Source: a virus (Duplodnaviria; Caudoviricetes). Taken from it: DNA of 42,438 bases. The notes under the pieces were generated by a model, which saw only the letters and a list, made by a program, of their open reading frames with translations, made no database searches and was not told the origin of the DNA. Where the stretch lies: IMG/VR virus record IMGVR_UViG_3300025626_001177, positions 1-42,438 of that record. One strand, 5' to 3'. This document shows positions 35,795 to 42,438 of this stretch, piece after piece (the stretch's first letter is position 1; the number at the start of each line of letters is the position of its first letter). Made by a program: the position numbers and the translations under genes.

Positions 35795-36484
35795 TTAAGA
35801 AATTATGCTTTTTATTTTCCAAGGAGTGAAACATACTGTTCCTAGACTTACATAGTCTGCACCTTTATCAAAATAAAATTCTGCATCATCCTTATTTGTA
35901 ACTCCACCACCAGCGATTACAGTAATGCTAGGATGTTTTCTCTTTATATATTCTATAATCCTTGTAGTATATGGTTTTAAAATTTTTCCACTTTGACCGC
36001 CATTTAAAGAATACAAAGTGTTGCTTGCATGTATTTGATTATATCCTAAATCTACTATCTTGTCTATAAGACATTCTGTCGCAGTAGGTGGTATTTTGCA
36101 TATACACCATTCTCTTTCACTCTTAGGAAATAAATCAAAACCAGATAAATTTACCGCACCCACATCTTTATCAAGGTTTGGACAACTTATATTAATCTCA
36201 ACAGATGAATTTTTATCTACTATACGAGACAGATGTAGCCAATCATATTCATTTATTGCGGCAAGGCTCAACACATCTGTAGAGTTTGTTCTTTTTAAAC
36301 CCTCATATATTCCAGCATTTCGCAATCCAATTTTATTAATCCATCCACCATTTTTATATCTAAGAGTTTTAAAAATTTGGGGAATAAGTCCTTCTCTTTT
36401 TTCAACGGTCCAACTTCCAGTTACGCTAATTGCGTTAGGAAGTTTTAAATAGTTTCCAAAAGGTGCTGATATAAAGTATTTCAT
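35795..36484 (-). CDS. Compact dihydroorotate dehydrogenase-like FMN enzyme
   Basis: WINKIGLRNAG, VEINISCPN, SNT, GGQSG, IAGGGV, GADYVSLGT. Confidence 0.8.
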   Translation of the reverse strand: MKYFISAPFGNYLKLPNAISVTGSWTVEKREGLIPQIFKTLRYKNGGWINKIGLRNAGIYEGLKRTNSTDVLSLAAINEYDWLHLSRIVDKNSSVEINISCPNLDKDVGAVNLSGFDLFPKSEREWCICKIPPTATECLIDKIVDLGYNQIHASNTLYSLNGGQSGKILKPYTTRIIEYIKRKHPSITVIAGGGVTNKDDAEFYFDKGADYVSLGTVCFTPWKIKSIIS

Positions 36485-36487
36485 AAT

Positions 36488-36961
36488 TTAATCCAAAAAT
36501 GTTCTACGCCATTCCATTTTATATATTTCTTCTTCATCTATCGTCTTAGTAAAAGACTTAGGGAATTTTTTTATTGCTCTAAGTAATATTTTGATTTTTA
36601 CATCAGATTGCATAATAGGTATTGATGCACCACCATTTCTAGCCGCCAACCAACGGTGATGACCATCAACAATATAGTTATCTGAAGAAACCAGAAGTGG
36701 TTTTGCTTGACCAATAGTTTTTATTCGGCCCATAGCCTTAACTATTTTATCTTTATTAAAATCAGATTGGGTGGCTCGTAGTCTTTTGGCTTTGACTTCT
36801 TTTCTTTCCATTTTTATACCTAAATTTTTCAAATACTCTATAAGTTCATCATAATCTGCTGAACGAACTTGGGGCATATCTACTCTTGAGATACCAAGAG
36901 TATCTTTAGGTTTTGGTGTAGTAGTCCTTAACTCTAAGAGAACTTGACTATACTTACGCAT
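36488..36961 (-). CDS. ParB/Srx-like domain protein
   Basis: LRATQ, LLVSSDNYIVDGHHRW; N-terminus MRKYSQVLLE. Confidence 0.8.
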   Translation of the reverse strand: MRKYSQVLLELRTTTPKPKDTLGISRVDMPQVRSADYDELIEYLKNLGIKMERKEVKAKRLRATQSDFNKDKIVKAMGRIKTIGQAKPLLVSSDNYIVDGHHRWLAARNGGASIPIMQSDVKIKILLRAIKKFPKSFTKTIDEEEIYKMEWRRTFLD

Positions 36962-37355
36962 ATTTTATAACCTTATCTGGCGTATGAAAGTTTTTCTTAC
37001 GCATAATTGTTTTCATTACAACATCAAATTCATCTTTTCTTTGATCATATTTAACTGCTACTGGAATATTCAAATCAGATTGCATATCTTTAATTACCGC
37101 TTCAGCACCAGCCACACCTTTGAGTGACTTACCTTGTCTTGCGTAAATCTTTTTTATAAATTCTGCTAACTCTTTCATAGAGATACAAGGTGTATTTCTA
37201 TCATCTCCCATCCTATCACCAAAATGACGAGTGAATTTGAAATCAATTCCATATTTTTTGAATAATTTATCAACAATAGATTCAAATGCTTTGATTTGTT
37301 TCATACCTACTAAATCACATTTATCTTCTATTATAAAATTTTTGAATGTTTTCAT
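36954..37355 (-). CDS. Hypothetical protein, RegB/RelE-superfamily-like RNase pattern
   Basis: FKFTRHFGDR...RN and KTIMRK; N-terminus MKTFKNFIIE. Confidence 0.5.
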   Translation of the reverse strand: MKTFKNFIIEDKCDLVGMKQIKAFESIVDKLFKKYGIDFKFTRHFGDRMGDDRNTPCISMKELAEFIKKIYARQGKSLKGVAGAEAVIKDMQSDLNIPVAVKYDQRKDEFDVVMKTIMRKKNFHTPDKVIKYA

Positions 37356-37630
37356 TTTTCTAACCTTTTTATTCTGGTTTCAAGTTCATCTATTTTTTTT
37401 GCTATTTTAGGAGATAAACTTCTCCAAGCATCATCTGGTTGATCAAACCAAGTCCACCCAAACTTGTCTCTTATAGTATCTAGTAATATATCCCATTTAG
37501 AGTATAACCATAATCCAATTTTTGTATCTCTCATATATGCTAAAAATAGTGCGCCAAATACCGAACCCATAATACCCGTATAAATCCATAAACGATCTGA
37601 AGCCATATTTTCAATCATATCCCAAATCAT
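37352..37630 (-). CDS. Small membrane protein
   Basis: TM segment LWIYTGIMGSVFGALFLAY; C-terminal coiled coil. Confidence 0.7.
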   Translation of the reverse strand: MIWDMIENMASDRLWIYTGIMGSVFGALFLAYMRDTKIGLWLYSKWDILLDTIRDKFGWTWFDQPDDAWRSLSPKIAKKIDELETRIKRLEK

Positions 37631-38397
37631 TTTTTAAATTTCTTCAATTTACTTGAATAATGTTCAATACTATGATCATATATTCCATCAAAAATTTGTT
37701 TATTTTTCATGGCGCACCACCTACCCCTCAAAGAATCCTTTATCTTTTGCCAAAAGGACAATCTACGAATATTTCCATAATGATTAATATATCTCTCTGT
37801 GCCGTGATGCCTATATCCCATTATCCATAAAGGAACTGTTGGCACAATATCATTATTATTCCTAAATCTATAATGCTCAACATCCATACCTACACAAAAT
37901 TCTTTACCACCAACTCTTGGTGAACCATATGTAAATAATATAGGATTTTTTTCTTCAAGTCTAGATGCACATAGTGTTGCCATAGCACCACCAAGAGAAT
38001 GACCAGTAATCCAAAGTTGTTTTCTTTTACTTTTTTGAAGTAGTGCTTCAATATCAGACCAAAGTTTTCTTAATTCTATTTTAAATCCCATATGAACCAT
38101 ACCCTCAGTTTTAGATTTTCTTTTAAATGCAAGTAAATCTGCTTTAACATCTGAAAACTCTGTTGGTTCTGTACCTCTAAAAGCAACAATAATATTATCT
38201 TTATCTGAAAAGATATGACATTGTGCGCCATCATTCTCTAAAAATTTATATGATTTGAAACCTAATTTTGATAATTCTCTTTTTGCTTTAGTTCCATCAT
38301 GATAGGCCAAAGCAGATACTTCAGAAAAAAAATAACTGAGAGCAAAAGTATCATTCCAATCTAGACTTTCACAATCCATAAAAAATTTTCTGGTCAT
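37627..38397 (-). CDS. Lipase class 3 (alpha/beta hydrolase)
   Basis: VAFRGTE, VHMGF, TGHSLGGA, TYGSPRVG, NDIVPTVP, DHS. Confidence 0.93.
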   Translation of the reverse strand: MTRKFFMDCESLDWNDTFALSYFFSEVSALAYHDGTKAKRELSKLGFKSYKFLENDGAQCHIFSDKDNIIVAFRGTEPTEFSDVKADLLAFKRKSKTEGMVHMGFKIELRKLWSDIEALLQKSKRKQLWITGHSLGGAMATLCASRLEEKNPILFTYGSPRVGGKEFCVGMDVEHYRFRNNNDIVPTVPLWIMGYRHHGTERYINHYGNIRRLSFWQKIKDSLRGRWCAMKNKQIFDGIYDHSIEHYSSKLKKFKK

Positions 38398-38666
38398 TTT
38401 TTATCTCGCAACCTTGGCTCTTTGCGATTATAATGAACAGTTACACTTGATAAGTTTTTTGGATCATTATTGAGTGGGTCACCATCTTTGTGATGAATAT
38501 CTCTCCCATCAAAAGGCTCTGCCTTACCCTCTTTTTCCATCTTTCTTCTAGCGCGTTTTCTAGCGGCGTTTCTCTCCATCTGTTCTGGAGTTCCAAGATA
38601 GTTTTTTCTTTCTTTTTTGTAATCTCTCTGATACTCATCAGTTATAAATATTTTAAACTTGATCAT
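38394..38666 (-). CDS. Small HNH-motif protein
   Basis: DIHHKDGDPLNND..NL....HYNR; N-terminus MIKFKIFITDE. Confidence 0.8.
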   Translation of the reverse strand: MIKFKIFITDEYQRDYKKERKNYLGTPEQMERNAARKRARRKMEKEGKAEPFDGRDIHHKDGDPLNNDPKNLSSVTVHYNRKEPRLRDKK

Positions 38667-38896
38667 GATACATTATCCCAGAAGGTTTTACTCATTTCAC
38701 CCATGGAAACTGTAGATGTACCAGATGCTGAATTTACTGTTTTGCGAACACTTGTATATACGGCATGACCATTTGTAGTTCTAATACCGTTAGTTTGTTT
38801 TAACCATAGAGGTCTTAGTGGGCTATTAGCACCTGGATCAGGCGGCGAATTGTCATATTGCCAACTCGGATTGTTTGTAATAGTTACCCACGCCAT
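38663..38896 (-). CDS. Small hypothetical late protein
   Basis: SD AAGGAGA; late promoter 30 nt upstream. Confidence 0.7.
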   Translation of the reverse strand: MAWVTITNNPSWQYDNSPPDPGANSPLRPLWLKQTNGIRTTNGHAVYTSVRKTVNSASGTSTVSMGEMSKTFWDNVS

Positions 38897-38911
38897 GTTT
38901 AAATCTCCTTA

Positions 38912-40120
38912 TCATTTGTTCTTACTATTTATATGTTTAAGAAGATCGTTTTTACTTGTTTTATTAGTCTTAATAGAGAAATCTAATGCAGATTGTAAAG
39001 CATCACCTATACTCTTACCTTTAAACCCCAATTGAGAAACATCTTTTCCATTTATAGGTAATTCTTTAACTGAAAGATATTTAACACTTTTTAATTTTGA
39101 TGATACTGTTGGTTTTCCTATAGCAGTAAGATAAGCATCAGCAGATTTAATATCGTTATCTTTAGCCCATCCAACTAATTTAACTAAATCCATATCTTTG
39201 TATGAAGTTACAGATTGAACTGCTTTTGAATCAATATTAGATAGTTTCATTCCAGCCTTGGCGATTTTACCAGCATCTTGTTTATAACTCATCAAAACCA
39301 TTCCTATAAAAGAACCATAATTTTTAGTTTCTAGTTTATCTAATGCTTTTAAATTAATGTCTTTAATAGATGCCTTTGGGAATAAATGTTTCATCAATCC
39401 ACTTTCAAATAAAAGTTTTATACCGATTGATGGTTTTTTTGATTTGGTGAAAAGTTTTTTAAATTCTTCATTGAATCTATCAGAAGAAACTGATGAAATA
39501 GTATGTGCTTGTTTTTTCATTTCCTTGAAAGTATTTTTTTCAATTTTAAATTCAAACCTAGCCGCGAATTGAATGGCTCTTAACATTCTTAAAGGATCAT
39601 CTTCAAATGAAGTAGGACTGATCATACGAATTTCTTTATTCTTAATATCTTTCATACCCTTGCCATCAGTGTCAATAATCTCTCCAGTATCAACATCTTT
39701 AGCCAATTGATTTATCCAAAAATCTCTTCTCAACTGATCTTGTTGTAAAGTAATACCTTTTCCTAATTGTACCTCAAAATCTTTATGACCAGCCCCAGTA
39801 CTCTTAGAGTCAACTCTTGGTACTGAAATATCAACATCTTCTTCTTCTGTTGAACCTGTTGGTACAAATTTCAGAATACCAAAAGATTTGCCAACCATAT
39901 TCACTTTACCGTGAGGCTTTAATATTTCTTCTAAATCGCTTAGTTCTACACCAACAACGATTAAGTCTAAGTCTTTTGAAACCTTTCCAAGTAGTTCATC
40001 ACGAACCACACCACCAATTTGATAGATTTTACCACCAGCGTTTTTAATAGACTTTCTAACTTTCATAGTTAAAAGTTTTTCTAACATACTTTCATTTAAA
40101 TGACATATAAAACTTTTCAT
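38912..40120 (-). CDS. cca: Class II tRNA nucleotidyltransferase (CCA-adding enzyme family)
   Basis: GGVVRD.LLG...KDLD, DQLRRDFWIN, FEDDPLRMLRA, LPINGKD; N-terminus MKSFICHLNE. Confidence 0.9.
   Translation of the reverse strand: MKSFICHLNESMLEKLLTMKVRKSIKNAGGKIYQIGGVVRDELLGKVSKDLDLIVVGVELSDLEEILKPHGKVNMVGKSFGILKFVPTGSTEEEDVDISVPRVDSKSTGAGHKDFEVQLGKGITLQQDQLRRDFWINQLAKDVDTGEIIDTDGKGMKDIKNKEIRMISPTSFEDDPLRMLRAIQFAARFEFKIEKNTFKEMKKQAHTISSVSSDRFNEEFKKLFTKSKKPSIGIKLLFESGLMKHLFPKASIKDINLKALDKLETKNYGSFIGMVLMSYKQDAGKIAKAGMKLSNIDSKAVQSVTSYKDMDLVKLVGWAKDNDIKSADAYLTAIGKPTVSSKLKSVKYLSVKELPINGKDVSQLGFKGKSIGDALQSALDFSIKTNKTSKNDLLKHINSKNK
38926..38933 (-). promoter_or_regulatory. T4-type late promoter
   Basis: TATAAATA inside the 3' end of the CCA-adding enzyme gene. 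Confidence 0.65.
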
Positions 40121-40130
40121 TTATTATTAC

Positions 40131-40478
40131 CTACCAATGCTGGGCGTCTGGATATTTTACAATTGCTCTAACTGCTCTTAATGCTAGTTTTGCAACTTTA
40201 TCACCTCTATCATATAGTACAACCTCTGTACCATTTACAAAATCAGATACATTCACACCTTTACCGATAAGAGTCATCGTTCTGTGTAGATAATCATTTT
40301 CATCGTAATTATATTCAAATCCTACTTTACCACGTACTTCAACCCACTTGCTGCCTGGTAATGGCCTAATTCTTAGAATACCCATCTTACCTTGCCTAAC
40401 ATATGTCAAAGCATAGGCTTCTTTCTTTTTACGTTGATTTTTAGTGATTTCTGTTATAAATTTAGAAAAAAGTTTCAT
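40131..40478 (-). CDS. Hypothetical basic protein
   Basis: ATGA-coupled; N-terminus MKLFSKFITE. Confidence 0.7.
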   Translation of the reverse strand: MKLFSKFITEITKNQRKKKEAYALTYVRQGKMGILRIRPLPGSKWVEVRGKVGFEYNYDENDYLHRTMTLIGKGVNVSDFVNGTEVVLYDRGDKVAKLALRAVRAIVKYPDAQHW

Positions 40479-41035
40479 GATACATAAGGCTTTATTATAG
40501 TTTCTATATTCTTAATAATTTTCTTATGCGTAGGACTCAAATGTTTTCTATCTTTTTTTACAGCGTCTAACGCCAATTTTGTATCGCCAGCATATTTTCT
40601 TTGCCATTCTGGTTTCTGCTGCTTAATATCAGATACATTAGCAAGTCTATCAGCGAGTTTAATAACTAATGCCCAACTTGTCATGTTAACCATCTTATCT
40701 TTTATATACTCACCCTTACCACCTGCTGCTTCAAGATCATCTTTTTTAGTGGTCAATTGGTCAACAAGATTGGCAACCAACCCACCAAACTGCTTAACTA
40801 AGTCGGCGTGTGATAAATCAGTATCTTCTATAGTATCATGCAAATATGCTGCTTGAACTAATGCAGATAAATTTTTTGATTTTGGTTTAAATTTAGCAAC
40901 TATTTTGGCAACTTCTTTTGGATGAGCGATATATTCACCACCACTTTTTCTAAACTGCCCTTTGTGGGCTTTCGTCGCAGTTCTTAGCGCACTAAGCGCA
41001 CTTTCATTTATAAGGTGAGATTTGAAACTCTGCAT
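40475..41035 (-). CDS. Stand-alone Mesh1/SpoT-type HD hydrolase (small alarmone hydrolase)
   Basis: AHKGQFRK...YIAHP, LHDTIEDT, IKLADRLAN; N-terminus MQSFKSHLINE. Confidence 0.9.
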   Translation of the reverse strand: MQSFKSHLINESALSALRTATKAHKGQFRKSGGEYIAHPKEVAKIVAKFKPKSKNLSALVQAAYLHDTIEDTDLSHADLVKQFGGLVANLVDQLTTKKDDLEAAGGKGEYIKDKMVNMTSWALVIKLADRLANVSDIKQQKPEWQRKYAGDTKLALDAVKKDRKHLSPTHKKIIKNIETIIKPYVS

Positions 41036-41455
41036 TTATTTTCTTCCTATATTATACTTGGGACATAGTTCCCAATTATTTTTTTCTTTAAAAGGAATAA
41101 TCTTAATCTGTCGCAGAGGTGCTAAATTTTTAGCAACTGATTCATTCTGTATGGAGACTAGACCCCAATCAGACATAAGTGTAGCAATAGTATTTCTACG
41201 GCCTATATCGCTTTCTTCTAAGTTTGACTTTTTTCCATCTAGCAAAAATAATTCTTTAAAATGTACTATAAAGTATCTACCTTGTTTATGAAGGATATGA
41301 CACGATTGAAATAATTTATTTTCTTTTCTACTTGATACGCCAATTCTTGTTAATGTTTCTCTTACCTTCAAAAAATCATCAGGTTCATTTAATGTTATCT
41401 CTAACATATCATTTGGCGACCAACTTATTATATTTGTTTCCTCATTCATTGTCAA
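41036..41455 (-). CDS. regA: Translational repressor RegA
   Basis: DDFLKVRETLTRIG, QSCHILHKQGRYFIVHFKEL, WELCPKYNIG. Confidence 0.97.
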   Translation of the reverse strand: MTMNEETNIISWSPNDMLEITLNEPDDFLKVRETLTRIGVSSRKENKLFQSCHILHKQGRYFIVHFKELFLLDGKKSNLEESDIGRRNTIATLMSDWGLVSIQNESVAKNLAPLRQIKIIPFKEKNNWELCPKYNIGRK

Positions 41456-41489
41456 CTCACTTTTTTGTTATATTCATTAATGACAATGG

Positions 41490-41497
41490 TATTTATA
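41490..41497 (-). promoter_or_regulatory. T4-type late promoter upstream of regA and the downstream cluster
   Basis: TATAAATA in the 62-regA gap. Confidence 0.6.
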
Positions 41498-41502
41498 TAA
41501 TT

Positions 41503-41880
41503 TTAATTTTTACCGCCCTTACGCAACTTAAATCTAATATGATCTAAATGCTCTTTAGGAATTAATTTCAAAACTTCTCTCGCCTTTTGATTTGAATATC
41601 CATAATACTCCTTAATTGAATCTAAAGCATCCATTTTATCAGCCTTAGTCCATTTAGAGAACCGCTTTCTTTTTCTAACAATATTACGCATAAAATCATA
41701 TTGTAATCTGTTATCAATGTGGTGATGCTTATTCATCTCATTTGCAGCAAGGATAGTGTCATTAAAATAGGATAATGATCTATTAATGTAGTATGATTTA
41801 TATGCTTTCTCAGTGATATCATCAACCATAATATCGTTTTTGTTATGGTTGATTGAGTTTAAATAATCAAAGTGGTTCAT
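41503..41880 (-). CDS. 62: Clamp loader small subunit gp62
   Basis: FDYLNSIN, INRSLSYF.D....ANEMN, KRKRFSKW, YYGYS..KA; adjacent to regA. Confidence 0.92.
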   Translation of the reverse strand: MNHFDYLNSINHNKNDIMVDDITEKAYKSYYINRSLSYFNDTILAANEMNKHHHIDNRLQYDFMRNIVRKRKRFSKWTKADKMDALDSIKEYYGYSNQKAREVLKLIPKEHLDHIRFKLRKGGKN

Positions 41881-42437
41881 AGGTTTTGTATCACTGTTTG
41901 CATACGCATTACATCCATTACACAATCATGTCGCGCATCATGTTTAAAAAACTTTTCTGCACATCCTTCTGGAATATAATCGTTCTTAACATCAGACCCC
42001 CAAAGCAAACCATCAAGAAATGATCTTGTATCACGAACCATCCAAAATGGATAAGGAACTTTTTTACCAGTATCATTTAAGATACCTTCAAAGAAAGGAA
42101 TATCAAAAGTATTTCCGCGAGAAAACACTGTTTTTAGGTTATTGATATTTACATTCTGCACAAAAAAGTTATAGGTTTCGCTAATATCTTTATCATTTTC
42201 TGATGGTGTGATTACCGCTTGTGTTGTTTCTTTGGGTTGGTTATTCCACCAATCAAGCGTAGATTTTGAAATCTTACGATCATAAACTTCCACTTGCTTT
42301 TTAACATCATACTTAATACTAACACTACTATCTAAAAGTTCTTCATAACTGTATGGATTATTTGTAAATCTTGCCCTAGAGAAAGTAAGCAGACCTAAAG
42401 ATAATACAACACCTCTGTTTACATCAACAGAAAGTGT
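41877..42437 (-). CDS. dexA: DexA-like 3'-5' exonuclease (5' end beyond the window)
   Basis: Frame open to the window edge (TLSVD...KYDVKKQ); STLDWW, SRGNTFD, VRDTRS, HDARHDC. Confidence 0.85.
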   Translation of the reverse strand, partial: TLSVDVNRGVVLSLGLLTFSRARFTNNPYSYEELLDSSVSIKYDVKKQVEVYDRKISKSTLDWWNNQPKETTQAVITPSENDKDISETYNFFVQNVNINNLKTVFSRGNTFDIPFFEGILNDTGKKVPYPFWMVRDTRSFLDGLLWGSDVKNDYIPEGCAEKFFKHDARHDCVMDVMRMQTVIQNL

Positions 42438-42438
42438 T

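Noticed and set aside
5775-41547. Other short plus-strand and nested ORFs in the track (e.g. 21797..22102, 25453..25899, 34439..34792, 36060..36452)
   Set aside because: Antisense or out-of-frame shadows of well-supported genes, with no SD or recognisable motifs.

Overview
A 42.4-kb AT-rich segment of a large T4-like myovirus genome, almost entirely coded on the minus strand. Core genes appear in T4 order (41, 40-like, uvsX, 43, regA, 62) with dexA, thyX, hsp20, mazG and a cell-wall hydrolase, plus T4 late promoters (TATAAATA). Several signals point to a marine alphaproteobacterial host (inference): a permuted two-piece tmRNA with a GGCAGUA T-loop, TGATTC[G/T] sites at most sigma70-type promoters, and an RpoH-like promoter with a ROSE-like hairpin before hsp20. 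Main observations: (1) the tmRNA intervening segment is about 200 nt and holds a complete 62-aa ORF; (2) six proteins between gene 43 and regA, including a CCA-adding enzyme and a Mesh1/SpoT-type HD hydrolase, begin with T4 internal-protein-like capsid-targeting peptides, suggesting an injected translation-rescue or anti-defence payload; (3) a CmoA-like gene is coupled to an atypical C5 DNA methyltransferase; (4) a compact aldolase, cupin, PEPCK, PMM, nucleotidyltransferase operon; (5) several promoters carry inverted repeats over the -10 box. All calls come from reading motifs by eye; no searches were run.
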